From Deltaproteobacteria bacterium (lineage in GTDB: Bacteria > Bdellovibrionota_C > UBA2361 > J135): 64,000 nucleotides of DNA. The position numbers and the translations under genes are program-made. The notes under the pieces were generated by a model. The model was not told the origin of the DNA and ran no database searches. It saw only the letters and a list, made by a program, of their open reading frames with translations. The stretch's first letter is position 1, and each line of letters begins with the position of its first letter. Shown here piece by piece: positions 10,547 to 20,101 of this stretch. The DNA lies in the NCBI GenBank assembly GCA_020635175.1, contig JACKAH010000003.1, positions 67,190-131,189 of the forward strand. Direction: 5' to 3'.

Positions 10547-11320
10547 ATGGGAGTGACATTAAAGTCAGAGCAAGAGATCGCTTCCATGAGAAAAGCAAAT
10601 CAGGTTGTCGCACAGGTTTTGCGTGAACTTGAACAGTTAGTTGCTCCTGGAGTAACTACTGAGCAACTGGACAAGCGCGCTGAGGAACTTACAAAAGAAC
10701 TTGGAGCAGAGGCAGCTTTTTTAAACTACCCATCAGGTTCAACAAGTGTTCCTCCATTTTCAGGGCACATTTGTGCTTCTGTAAATGATGCAGTTGTTCA
10801 CGGTCTGCCAAGTAAGCGGCCTTTAGTCGAAGGCGATATTATTAGCATCGACTACGGAGCTAAGGTTGATGGCTTCTACGGCGACTCTGCAATAACTGTA
10901 GCTGTAGGAGAGGTAGCACCGCAAGTAAAAAAATTGATTAGTGTTACCGAACAAGCTTTGTACGCAGGAATTGAAAAGTGCGTAGCAGGAAATAGAATTG
11001 GCGACGTCTCTTATGCCATACAAAGCTTAGTTGAGAAGAACGGTTTTGGAATTGTGAAAGACTTTGTGGGACATGGGATCGGAACGAAGATGCATGAAGA
11101 TCCTCAGGTTCCAAACTATGGTAAGCCAAACAAAGGCAAGAAGCTTGAAGTTGGTTTAGTCATAGCAATTGAGCCGATGGTTTCGCAGGGTAAACCGGCT
11201 GTGAAACTTTTAGAAGATGGCTGGACAGCGGTGTTAGCAGATGGAACTTATGCTGCTCATATTGAACACACTGTTGCTGTTACCAGTCGTGGACCGGAGA
11301 TTTTAAGCTCACGTAAGTGA
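10547..11320 (+). CDS. map: Methionine aminopeptidase type I
   Basis: Map-like MGVTLKSEQEIASMRKA N-terminus and HGIG metal-ligand region. Start moved to in-frame ATG 10547; the track start 10511 (TTG) adds a Phe-rich peptide encoded by the T-tract. Confidence 0.93.
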   Translation: MGVTLKSEQEIASMRKANQVVAQVLRELEQLVAPGVTTEQLDKRAEELTKELGAEAAFLNYPSGSTSVPPFSGHICASVNDAVVHGLPSKRPLVEGDIISIDYGAKVDGFYGDSAITVAVGEVAPQVKKLISVTEQALYAGIEKCVAGNRIGDVSYAIQSLVEKNGFGIVKDFVGHGIGTKMHEDPQVPNYGKPNKGKKLEVGLVIAIEPMVSQGKPAVKLLEDGWTAVLADGTYAAHIEHTVAVTSRGPEILSSRK

Positions 11321-11338
11321 GAGACGAGGAGATAAAAA

Positions 11339-11455
11339 GTGAAAGTTCGAGCATCAGTAAAACCGATCTGTGATTACTGCAAAGTGATCAAAAGAAAGGG
11401 AGTTGTCTACGTAATTTGTAGCAGAACACCTAAACATAAGCAGAGACAAGGATAA
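11339..11455 (+). CDS. rpmJ: 50S ribosomal protein L36 (below the ORF-track size cutoff)
   Basis: Hand translation from GTG 11339 gives [38 protein letters not shown], with a C-C-C-H zinc pattern, immediately before rpsM. Confidence 0.93.
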   Translation: MKVRASVKPICDYCKVIKRKGVVYVICSRTPKHKQRQG

Positions 11456-11467
11456 GAGAGGAAGAGA

Positions 11468-11839
11468 ATGTCAGTACGTATTGCCGGAGTAGTTCTTCCA
11501 CGTAACAAGCGAATAGTTCGTGGCCTTACATACATTTATGGGATTGGACTAACTAAGTCCCAGAAGATTTTATCTGAAGCTGGAATCGATTTTAGCACTC
11601 GAACAGACGATCTTACAGACGATCAGCTTGCTAAGATTCGTTCAATTATTGAAGGACGCGAGAAGGTAGAAGGAGATCTTCGTCGTGAAGTTTCAATGAA
11701 CATTAAGCGCCTGATGGATCTAGGATGTTACCGTGGATTGCGCCACAGAAAAGGTCTTCCAGTAAGAGGACAAAGAACCCAAACAAATGCGCGCACACGT
11801 AAGGGTCCAAAGAAAATGGCAGCAACTAAGAAGAAGTAA
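11468..11839 (+). CDS. rpsM: 30S ribosomal protein S13
   Basis: [14 protein letters not shown] ... YIYGIG motif. Confidence 0.96.
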   Translation: MSVRIAGVVLPRNKRIVRGLTYIYGIGLTKSQKILSEAGIDFSTRTDDLTDDQLAKIRSIIEGREKVEGDLRREVSMNIKRLMDLGCYRGLRHRKGLPVRGQRTQTNARTRKGPKKMAATKKK

Positions 11840-11862
11840 TTTTTTAAGATAAGGATACTAAG

Positions 11863-12264
11863 GTGGCTACTGACGCTAAGGCAAAAAAAGAGACTAAGAA
11901 GAAAAAAGCTAAAAAGAACGTCCCAGTTGGGATCGCTCATATTTACGCTACTTTTAACAATACAGTTGTTACAGTTACTGACATGACTGGTAACACTATC
12001 AGTTGGTCTAGTGCTGGCTGTGGTGGATTCAAGGGTTCACGTAAATCAACACCATTCGCTGCACAGGTAGCAGCTGAGACTGCTGCACGAAAGGCTATGG
12101 AAAACGGTATGAGAACAGTAAGCGTTCTTATTCGTGGACCAGGAGCAGGACGTGAGTCAGCATTAAGAGCTTTACATGCCGCAGGGTTGAATATCTCTAC
12201 AATCAAGGACATTACATCTGTCCCTCATAATGGCTGTAGAGCACCTAAGAGACGTAGAGTATAA
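11863..12264 (+). CDS. rpsK: 30S ribosomal protein S11
   Basis: [18 protein letters not shown] motif; GTG start. Confidence 0.95.
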   Translation: MATDAKAKKETKKKKAKKNVPVGIAHIYATFNNTVVTVTDMTGNTISWSSAGCGGFKGSRKSTPFAAQVAAETAARKAMENGMRTVSVLIRGPGAGRESALRALHAAGLNISTIKDITSVPHNGCRAPKRRRV

Positions 12265-12288
12265 GTTTGCATAGAGGAACAAAGGACA

Positions 12289-12915
12289 ATGGCGAGATAT
12301 AGAGGACCTGTTTGTAGAATGTGTCGTGTAGAAAGAGAGAAGCTCTTTCTAAAAGGTGAACGTTGCTTTACTAGCAAATGTGCAATTGAGCGTCGTGAAG
12401 GAACGCCTGGTCAGCACGGCAAGAAAAGAAGTAAATTCTCTGAATATAAAACTCAGCTTCGTGAAAAGCAGAAGGTTAAGAGAATCTACGGCCTTGGCGA
12501 GAAACAGTTCAGAGCGAACTTCGTTAAATCAGCTAAGACTAAGGGCGTAACTGGTACTGAGATGTTACTCAGCTTAGAGCGAAGACTTGATAACATGGTC
12601 TATCGAATTGGATTTGGAACTTCAAGAAATCATTCTCGCCAAGTAGTTAAGCACGGCATGGTTCTTGTAAATGGAAAGCGTGTAAACATTCCATCATACA
12701 AAGTGTCAGTTGGAGATGTGATTGAAATTCGAGAGAAGAGTAAGACAGGAATTGCATTGAAGGCGGCTATGGAGTTTGCACAAAGCAGAAGTATTCCTGA
12801 ATGGATAACTTTAGATAGAGAAGCTATGAGAGGAACAGTTAACGCTTTACCATCTAGGGAGCAGTTAACTCAGCCAATTAATGAACAGTTAATTGTGGAA
12901 TTGTATTCTAAGTAA
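12289..12915 (+). CDS. rpsD: 30S ribosomal protein S4
   Basis: MARYRGPVCRMCR N-terminus, S4 domain. Confidence 0.96.
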   Translation: MARYRGPVCRMCRVEREKLFLKGERCFTSKCAIERREGTPGQHGKKRSKFSEYKTQLREKQKVKRIYGLGEKQFRANFVKSAKTKGVTGTEMLLSLERRLDNMVYRIGFGTSRNHSRQVVKHGMVLVNGKRVNIPSYKVSVGDVIEIREKSKTGIALKAAMEFAQSRSIPEWITLDREAMRGTVNALPSREQLTQPINEQLIVELYSK

Positions 12916-12951
12916 CCTAGATAAATTTTTACTTTTAAGCAGAGGAATCCT

Positions 12952-13980
12952 ATGCGTCGCACATCATTAAAGGACATCATTAAGCCAAGAAGAATTGAGA
13001 TCGAAACAAAGACGCTTGATGATCGTTATGGGAAATTTGTTGCTGAGCCATTAGAAAGAGGCTTCGGCTTAACAATGGGTAATGCGCTCCGTAGAATTTT
13101 GCTTTCATCACTTCAAGGCTGCGCGATTACATCAATTGTAATTGAGAATGTCATGCATGAGTTCTCTACAATTCCTGGAGTTAAGGAAGACGTAACTGAG
13201 ATCGTGCTTAACTTCAAAAATGTTGTTCTCAACATGGAAGAGAAGAACGAAGGTCGTGTTCGTATCGATGTTGAAGGACCTTGCGAAGTTAAAGCTGGAA
13301 TGATTGCAGGTGATCCTGCAGTTACAATTGTTAACCCAGATGCACATATCTGTACTCTAAGTGAAGGGTCAAAGCTTAACGTTGAGATTATCGTTAAGAA
13401 AGGTCGTGGCTATGTTCCTTCTGAAAGAAACAAAGAGGAAGAAGCTCCAATTGGAACAATTTACCTAGATTCTATCTTTTCCCCAATTCGTAAAATCAAT
13501 CACTTTGTAACCAACGCTCGTGTTGGACAAAGAACTGACTACGACAAGTTAACTATGGAACTTTGGACAGATGGTAGCATCGATCCAAGAACAGCAATTG
13601 CAGAAGCTGCGCATATTCTTAGAGATCAATTAGGACTATTCGTTGGTGAGTATATCGTTGAAGATGTACAGGAAGAAGAGAAAGTAGAACCAACTGAACA
13701 GTTCAACCAAAATCTATTTAGAAGAATTGAAGAACTCGAACTCAGTGTTCGTAGCGCAAACTGCTTAGAAAATGCTGACATTAAGTTTATTGGTGAGCTA
13801 GTCCAAAGAACAGAAGCAGAGATGCTTCGTACTAAGAACTTTGGTCGTAAGTCACTAAATGAGATCAAAGAAATTTTAACCGGAATGGGATTAAACCTAG
13901 GGTACAAAATTGAGAACTTTCCTTCTCGTGAAGAGCTTGAGTCTCGTGCACGTGAAGTAGCTCTTGATCCAGGTTTATAA
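12952..13980 (+). CDS. rpoA: DNA-directed RNA polymerase subunit alpha
   Basis: 342 aa; [11 protein letters not shown] motif and C-terminal [14 protein letters not shown] motif. Confidence 0.97.
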   Translation: MRRTSLKDIIKPRRIEIETKTLDDRYGKFVAEPLERGFGLTMGNALRRILLSSLQGCAITSIVIENVMHEFSTIPGVKEDVTEIVLNFKNVVLNMEEKNEGRVRIDVEGPCEVKAGMIAGDPAVTIVNPDAHICTLSEGSKLNVEIIVKKGRGYVPSERNKEEEAPIGTIYLDSIFSPIRKINHFVTNARVGQRTDYDKLTMELWTDGSIDPRTAIAEAAHILRDQLGLFVGEYIVEDVQEEEKVEPTEQFNQNLFRRIEELELSVRSANCLENADIKFIGELVQRTEAEMLRTKNFGRKSLNEIKEILTGMGLNLGYKIENFPSREELESRAREVALDPGL

Positions 13981-14008
13981 GAGATTTCTAGAAGTTTGAG
14001 AGGATAAA

Positions 14009-14551
14009 ATGCGTCATCAGCACGGACATAGAAAATTAGGTCGCTCAGTAGCACACAGAAGAGCATTGTTAAGAAATTTAGCAACATCTTTTGTGCTTCA
14101 TGATAAGTGTCGTACAACCTTGCCAAAAGCTAAGGAACTTCGACCTATTATTGAGAAGTTCATTACGTTAGCACGTAAGGATTCGCTACATGGTCGTCGT
14201 CAAGCGTATTCATACTTTTTTGACAAGCAAGCAGTTCATAAGCTTTTTGCTGAAATTGCTCCACGTTATAAAGACAGAACAGGCGGCTATACAAGAATAC
14301 TGAAAACAGACCCTCGTCCAGGAGACGCTGCGCCGATGGCTGTAATTGAATTCGTAAGTGCAGAAGTCGAAGCTAAGCCAAAGAAAAAGACTGCTAAGAA
14401 ATCAAGTGCTAAAAAATCAGCTGCACCAAAAGCTGATGATACAGCAGTTGAAAAGAAAGCATCTGCTAAGAAAAAGTCTGCGGCTAAGAAGAAGGCAACT
14501 GAAACAAAAGAAGTTGAATCAGAGACTAAAGAAGATAAATCTGAAGAGTAA
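14009..14551 (+). CDS. rplQ: 50S ribosomal protein L17 with a ~60-aa Lys/Ala-rich C-terminal tail
   Basis: [25 protein letters not shown]-terminus; tail [20 protein letters not shown]... Confidence 0.95.
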   Translation: MRHQHGHRKLGRSVAHRRALLRNLATSFVLHDKCRTTLPKAKELRPIIEKFITLARKDSLHGRRQAYSYFFDKQAVHKLFAEIAPRYKDRTGGYTRILKTDPRPGDAAPMAVIEFVSAEVEAKPKKKTAKKSSAKKSAAPKADDTAVEKKASAKKKSAAKKKATETKEVESETKEDKSEE

Positions 14552-15322
14552 ATGGAACTTTTCAAAAATAAGAAGATACTTTTACTTGGAGTTGCTAACA
14601 AGAAGAGTATTGCTTGGAGCATAGCAGAAGCACTTAGTAATGAGGGTGCTGAACTTGCTTTCACTTATGTAAATGAGGCCATTGAAAAGAGAGTTCGTCC
14701 TTTAGCTGAAGAGCTTAATTCTAAAATTATCCTCCCATGTGATGTTCAATCTGATGAAGAGATTGAAAATCTATTTGCAGAGCTTGAAAGCCGTTGGGGC
14801 ACAATAGATGGGATTGTCCACTCTATTGCTTATGCAGATGGAGAAGATCTTAAGAAACCATTTTCACAGACATCAAGAGCTGGCTTTCATACCGCATTAG
14901 ATGTTTCAGCATATTCACTTGTTGCAGTAGCGGGTAAAGCTTTTCCTCTAATGAAGGAAAAGGGTGGTTCAATTATCACTTTAACTTACCTTGGTGCTCA
15001 ACGTGCTGTGCCTAACTATAAGGTAATGGGTGTTGCAAAAGCTGCGCTTGAAGCTTCTGTTAGATATCTTGCTGCAGATTTAGGTGAGAACAATATAAGA
15101 GTTAATGCTCTATCTGCTGGTCCAATAAAGACCTTAGCTGCTTCAGGAATCCCTCAATTTAGAGAACTGATGGCTAAATTCGCAGCAGCCGCTCCTCTAA
15201 AGCGTAATGTCACAGGTGAAGATGTTGCGAAGACAGCGCTATTTTACCTTAGTGATTTAAGTAGTGGTATTACTGGCGAAACTACATTTATAGATTGTGG
15301 ATTTAACGCTGTTGCGCTGTAA
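14552..15322 (+). CDS. fabI: Enoyl-[acyl-carrier-protein] reductase (NADH), FabI type
   Basis: LLGVANKKSIAWSIAEAL...GAELAFTY N-terminus; SDR fold with Y/K region; ATG directly follows the rplQ TAA. Confidence 0.9.
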   Translation: MELFKNKKILLLGVANKKSIAWSIAEALSNEGAELAFTYVNEAIEKRVRPLAEELNSKIILPCDVQSDEEIENLFAELESRWGTIDGIVHSIAYADGEDLKKPFSQTSRAGFHTALDVSAYSLVAVAGKAFPLMKEKGGSIITLTYLGAQRAVPNYKVMGVAKAALEASVRYLAADLGENNIRVNALSAGPIKTLAASGIPQFRELMAKFAAAAPLKRNVTGEDVAKTALFYLSDLSSGITGETTFIDCGFNAVAL

Positions 15323-15336
15323 TCCCCAGTCTCTGT

Positions 15337-15675
15337 GTGTTGCTCATGATTGAGATTGAAAACCTCTCAAGAACTGCTGACAAGCTACTAGCCCATGAAG
15401 AGCTTAGTGATGAGTATCTAGAATTACTCTTTAGCTTTACTGAGGATATGCAAACACTGATTGACCAGCTTGCATCAACCAAATTAGATCAATCTTCTGC
15501 TGAGAAATTAAAGGATCTTTACGATAAACATGCGTTAGTCTTAGAACAATCTAAGAGTGCGAGGGATGGTTTCTTTTCTAATATGAAAGAACTTGAAAAA
15601 CGTGGTAAAGCTATAAAGCGCTATGTTGATAATTTGCCAAAAAGAATTAGCCGGATGGGAGTTAAGAAAGGATGA
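15337..15675 (+). CDS. Hypothetical helical protein (start GTG 15337 or ATG 15346)
   Basis: ORF with ATGA overlap to the downstream lptE-like gene; no recognisable motif. Confidence 0.5.
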   Translation: MLLMIEIENLSRTADKLLAHEELSDEYLELLFSFTEDMQTLIDQLASTKLDQSSAEKLKDLYDKHALVLEQSKSARDGFFSNMKELEKRGKAIKRYVDNLPKRISRMGVKKG

Positions 15676-16256
15676 TCAGATTAATACTAGCCCTTATCGT
15701 TTGTAGTTTATCTGCATGTGGCTACCAGTTCCAGGGAAGTGGAAGTGTTCTGCCTGAAGACATCAAGTATGTCTACATACCTCGTGTTGAAAACACTACA
15801 ACAGAAACTAGATTATCATCGCTACTTACAGAGGCTTTACGTGAACGCTTTGAGCGTTACGGTGTGCTGCTAACCGTTGAAGATCTAGCAGAGGCTGATG
15901 CCGTCTTAAATGCAGAAGTTTTAAATGTAAACAGACAGATTAAAAGTGTTACTTCGGGAACAGATACTGCACTCGAATACGAAACAACTGTTGTCTTAGA
16001 TGCAGAGCTTCGTAGAAATACAGGTGCTTTGCTTTGGAAAAATCCTAAACTTCAGGTGGCTAAAGGATTTGGAGTTTCGAGTTCTGTAGTTGTTACGTCC
16101 TCTTCTGATTTCTCAACAGGTGGCATTGATTCAGGTACACTTTCTGCTTTGGATAGTTTGGAGATTTCGCGTGGACAGGAGCAGGAGGCATTAATCGACA
16201 TCGCTGAGGAGATCGCAAAGCAGGTCTACGAGGAAGCTGTTGCCCCTGATTTTTAA
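15672..16256 (+). CDS. lptE: LPS-assembly lipoprotein LptE-like
   Basis: Lipobox LSAC followed by GYQFQGSG, as in LptE/RlpB; size ~190 aa. Confidence 0.7.
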   Translation: MIRLILALIVCSLSACGYQFQGSGSVLPEDIKYVYIPRVENTTTETRLSSLLTEALRERFERYGVLLTVEDLAEADAVLNAEVLNVNRQIKSVTSGTDTALEYETTVVLDAELRRNTGALLWKNPKLQVAKGFGVSSSVVVTSSSDFSTGGIDSGTLSALDSLEISRGQEQEALIDIAEEIAKQVYEEAVAPDF

Positions 16257-16963
16257 TGAATGACAGAGTTATCATCACAGTAGACGGTGCCTCAGGCACT
16301 GGAAAGACGACCCTCTCTAAATTGCTTGCTGAAAAGATCGGATTTCAACATCTGAATTCAGGAGCTTTATATCGTTCAGTAGCATATCTATGTTTACAGG
16401 AGGGGCTGGATCTAAGCGACCAGGATGCAATTTTGCAGATGCTCTCAAGACACTCAATCAAGTTAGCTCTTGGAGCTGATGGTTTGCCGGTAACCTTGGT
16501 CGATGGTAACCCCGTTGATGAGCTGATCAGAACACCTGAAGTATCAGAAGCAACCTCAAAGATTTCAGTGTTGAAATTGGTGCGTGACTACCTTGTGCCA
16601 CACCAGCGTGATGCATTTCCTGGCTGTGGAATGGTTGCAGAGGGGCGTGACATGGGGACTGTTATGTTTCCAGATGCTCAGCTGAAGTTTTTTATAACAG
16701 TCGATCAGGATACACGTATTGCTCGTCGTTTAGCTCAGCTCTTGGAAAAAGAACCCAACGCTAGCCCTGAAAGAGTTAATGAGCTGAAATCACAAATGAA
16801 AATAGAAGTTGCTGATAGAGACAGTCGAGATTCTCAGCGTGAGATTGCGCCACTAAAGCAGGCTCAGGATGCGCTCGTTATTGATAACTCCGCGCAAACA
16901 TTGACTCAAACCCTTGAAAACATGTATGATGCCGCCTCAAAACGGGGCCTTGTGAAAAATTAA
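16256..16963 (+). CDS. cmk: Cytidylate kinase
   Basis: ITVDGASGTGKTT P-loop; classic cmk-rpsA adjacency. Confidence 0.92.
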   Translation: MNDRVIITVDGASGTGKTTLSKLLAEKIGFQHLNSGALYRSVAYLCLQEGLDLSDQDAILQMLSRHSIKLALGADGLPVTLVDGNPVDELIRTPEVSEATSKISVLKLVRDYLVPHQRDAFPGCGMVAEGRDMGTVMFPDAQLKFFITVDQDTRIARRLAQLLEKEPNASPERVNELKSQMKIEVADRDSRDSQREIAPLKQAQDALVIDNSAQTLTQTLENMYDAASKRGLVKN

Positions 16964-17054
16964 TCCAGAATTTTCTGATAGTTAACTAAACATGGTCTAG
17001 TACTTAACGTAGCGATGAGCCTTATAGGCTTGTTGTGAATTAACTAAATACTAA

Positions 17055-18779
17055 TTGGATAGAGATATAGTGGAAAACGTGGGAGGAAACGAAAATTCAT
17101 CTTTTCATGACGAGTTTGAAAAACTCTATGGCAAGGAAGTTGATAACCTTAAGCCAGGAAAAGTTGTTAAAGGAACTGTCATTGGCCAACGCAACGAGTT
17201 TATTGAAGTTGATATTGGCTACAAATCAAATGGACTAGTTCCACGCGCTCAATTTACAGACCGCAAAGGCAAGCTGCATGCTACGCCAGGTGACATTATC
17301 GATGTCATGATTATCATGGCAGAAGATGATTCAGGACAGGTTGTCCTTTCAAAAGAGCGTGCTGATCAGTACAGAATTTGGAAAGAAGTTGAAGAAAAAG
17401 AGCAACGCGATGAATTAGTTTCAGGTGTTGTTGTTCAGAAAGTTAAAGGTGGTCTACAGGTCGACATTGGTATCCCAGCGTTTCTACCTGGTTCACAAAT
17501 TGACATTCGTCCACAGAGAAATCTCGATAAGTATATCGGCGAAGAACTTGATTTCAAAATCCTTAAGATCTCAAGAGAGAAGGGCAATATTGTTCTTTCT
17601 CGTAAAGCTGTGCTTGCCTCTGAGCGTGATGCACTTCGTTCTGAAACACTTAAAGTTTTGGCTGAAGGAGTTGTGCTTGAGGGTGTTGTTAAAAACATCA
17701 CTGACTACGGTGCATTCATCGATTTAGGTGGTATTGATGGTCTTCTTCACATAACTGATATTTCGTGGGGTCGCATAAATCATCCTTCTGAGAAGCTAAC
17801 TATCGGTCAAAAAGTACCGGTTGTTGTTCTGAAGCATGATGAAGAAAACCAACGTGTATCATTAGGTATGAAGCAATTAACAGAGGATCCATGGATTGCT
17901 GTTAGTGAGAAATACCCAGTTGATAAGCGCGTAACTGGTAAAGTTATAAGCCTTGCTGACTATGGTGCATTCATTGAGCTTGAAGAAGGACTAGATGGTT
18001 TAATTCACGTATCTGATATGAGCTGGTCTAAGAAGACTAAGCACCCAAGCAAGATCCTTTCTGAGGGTCAGGTAGTTGAAGCTATCGTACTTGGTGTTGA
18101 TACTGAAGAGAAGAAAATCAGTCTTGGATTGAAACAGATCTCTGATAACCCATGGGAAGACTTTGCTAAGCTTCACCCAGTTGGAAGTAAGGTTACTGGT
18201 AAAGTTCGTTCGATCACAGATTTCGGTGTGTTCATCGGAGTTGGCGACGATATCGATGGACTTGTCCACGTATCTGATTTCTCTTGGACTAAGAGAGTTA
18301 AGGATCCTAAAGAGATCAAAGAGCTCTTTAAGAAAGGCGATGAAATCGAAGCTCAAGTTCTTGAGATTGATGTTGAGAACGAGAGACTTAGCCTTGGTAT
18401 CAAGCAGCTTGAAAACGACCCTTGGGAAGCTATTTCTCGTCGTTACCCAGCTGGTGCTAAAGTCAAAGGCAAGATTACTTCAATCACTGACTTTGGAATC
18501 TTTGTTGAGCTTGAAGAGGGTGTCGAAGGACTTATCCACTCTTCACAGCTTCTACTCGAGAAAGGCCAAGAGATTAAAGACGTTTACCAAGCTGGTAATG
18601 AAGTCGAGTCTGAGGTCACTAATGTTGATAACGAAGAACGTCGCATTAGCCTCAGCATGAAGTCTGCTCAACGTCGACGTGATAAGGAAGACTTCTCTGG
18701 TTACATGGAAGATGATTCATCTCCAGTAACATTTGGAGACCTTATTCGTGAGAAGATGGGCGACACAGGCGGCGAGTAA
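17055..18779 (+). CDS. rpsA: 30S ribosomal protein S1 (six S1 repeats)
   Basis: Repeated G.V....D.GAFI.L..G..GL.H.S motifs. True start uncertain: TTG 17055, GTG 17070 or GTG 17079. Confidence 0.93.
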   Translation: MDRDIVENVGGNENSSFHDEFEKLYGKEVDNLKPGKVVKGTVIGQRNEFIEVDIGYKSNGLVPRAQFTDRKGKLHATPGDIIDVMIIMAEDDSGQVVLSKERADQYRIWKEVEEKEQRDELVSGVVVQKVKGGLQVDIGIPAFLPGSQIDIRPQRNLDKYIGEELDFKILKISREKGNIVLSRKAVLASERDALRSETLKVLAEGVVLEGVVKNITDYGAFIDLGGIDGLLHITDISWGRINHPSEKLTIGQKVPVVVLKHDEENQRVSLGMKQLTEDPWIAVSEKYPVDKRVTGKVISLADYGAFIELEEGLDGLIHVSDMSWSKKTKHPSKILSEGQVVEAIVLGVDTEEKKISLGLKQISDNPWEDFAKLHPVGSKVTGKVRSITDFGVFIGVGDDIDGLVHVSDFSWTKRVKDPKEIKELFKKGDEIEAQVLEIDVENERLSLGIKQLENDPWEAISRRYPAGAKVKGKITSITDFGIFVELEEGVEGLIHSSQLLLEKGQEIKDVYQAGNEVESEVTNVDNEERRISLSMKSAQRRRDKEDFSGYMEDDSSPVTFGDLIREKMGDTGGE

Positions 18780-18786
18780 CCCAATT

Positions 18787-18879
18787 GTGCGCAGCGAGCT
18801 GCGCACCACTTAAATCTTCCCCCGCTTGCGGGGGAGCAAAGCGCCCTCAATAATTCCTCCCCCCCATTTATGGGGGAGG
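18787..18879 (+). terminator. Three consecutive GC-rich hairpins downstream of rpsA, none followed by a U-tract
   Basis: gtgcgcag-cgag-ctgcgcac (18787-18806); cccccg-cttg-cggggg (about 18817-18836); cctccccc/gggggagg (18856-18879). Confidence 0.5.
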
Positions 18880-19022
18880 GGGACGCTCAAGTCAGATTTT
18901 GACTCCCTATTCTCTCCACTACCCACCTTTGCATAAGATCCTAATCACTAGTAAAATATTGTTGTGTTGGCAGTACATGGGGGCCTAATGGCTAGTTGTT
19001 GTAGTTTAAGGAGTAGTACCCC

Positions 19023-20012
19023 ATGCACGAACCAAGCAAGCACCCAGTGCTTAATGCAGACCCATTTCCAGGTCACCCAGATTTCAACGGTCCCTTAACC
19101 CTAGAAACACAAAGTTACGAAAGAATAGAGTTAGCTGGAGATCCTCCATATCAAGACTCTTTGCGCTACGGTATTGAGGTAGCAGACGGCTCGGGTGAAA
19201 CAGTTATCTTAAAAGTAAAAGGTGTTGAACTCTTTGTTGATCCAGGAACTGAGTACGAAGAGCTACACGGTCAGTTTAAAGATTGCGAATTTAACGTTCT
19301 CTCTAGAAATTATGAAAGAGACTTCCTCCAAGCCAATGCTGAATTCTATGCCTGTGTAGCTGGCAGAATACATCAGGTCACGGCATGTTGTCCTAGGTTA
19401 GATGTGCTTTCTATCGCTGCAGGTCAAGGCTATGAGCTAGATACTGTCTTTGCGCGCGGAAGAGAGGGGAAATTTTTGGGCTTAGATCCTAGTGAGCAGA
19501 TGTTAAGGGTACTTGAAGGCAAAGATGATAGATACCCAGAGACTGCAATCCATACCAGGGTTGCCCGAGCACATGCATTGTTAGAGGAGCACGTAAGAGA
19601 AGATATCATTGATACAATAGGAAGACCTACGTTAGTCACATGTGTCGCAGGTTTGCATGTCATCGATAAGACAGGTCGTAGTGAAGGAGATGCTCTTGGT
19701 AAACAGGTTCGTCCAATTCTAGCGGCTGTTGTTGATATGATGCAGAGTGGTGGGTTTATCGTAGTTGGAAATTACTACCATAAAACGGATGCTGATTATG
19801 AGCGTTTTGCCCAAATTTGGCATGATAAACAAGTTGCTAATGGCGTTGCAAATCCACATCAGCCAACACCACCAAATAAGTTATTTACTCCGCAACAGAT
19901 GGGAAGAATGTTGGAAGGTCTTGGTCTGAATGTTGACAGAATGTCTCCGAACGATGATGTAATGTGTAGTACGGGAATTCGGGGCTATGTCATGGTGGCG
20001 CGTAAGCTTTGA
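19023..20012 (+). CDS. Class I SAM-dependent methyltransferase-like protein, paralog A, with an unrecognised N-terminal domain
   Basis: Motif I VLSIAAGQGYELD, post-I FLGLDPS, GGFIVVGNYY. N-terminal block DPFPGHPDFNGPL is shared with the next gene. Confidence 0.7.
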   Translation: MHEPSKHPVLNADPFPGHPDFNGPLTLETQSYERIELAGDPPYQDSLRYGIEVADGSGETVILKVKGVELFVDPGTEYEELHGQFKDCEFNVLSRNYERDFLQANAEFYACVAGRIHQVTACCPRLDVLSIAAGQGYELDTVFARGREGKFLGLDPSEQMLRVLEGKDDRYPETAIHTRVARAHALLEEHVREDIIDTIGRPTLVTCVAGLHVIDKTGRSEGDALGKQVRPILAAVVDMMQSGGFIVVGNYYHKTDADYERFAQIWHDKQVANGVANPHQPTPPNKLFTPQQMGRMLEGLGLNVDRMSPNDDVMCSTGIRGYVMVARKL

Positions 20013-20101
20013 TACTTTTTGCTTAAGAAAGCATTATTTTTAAATTGGTGTGTTGTTTGGCCTGGGGATTAACGGCTAGAGATAATGTGTTGTAGGACCC
20101 C

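Noticed and set aside
14340-14550. Repetitive aag/gct/aaa-rich DNA that looks superficially like a tandem repeat array
   Set aside because: It is in frame with rplQ and encodes the Lys/Ala-rich tail. There is no fixed repeat unit and no spacer structure, so it is not a CRISPR or VNTR array.
18817-18885. G-quadruplex or i-motif potential of the G5/C5-7 runs after rpsA
   Set aside because: Only three closely spaced G-runs occur on one strand. Each G-run has a complementary C-run positioned to form an ordinary hairpin, which is the simpler explanation.
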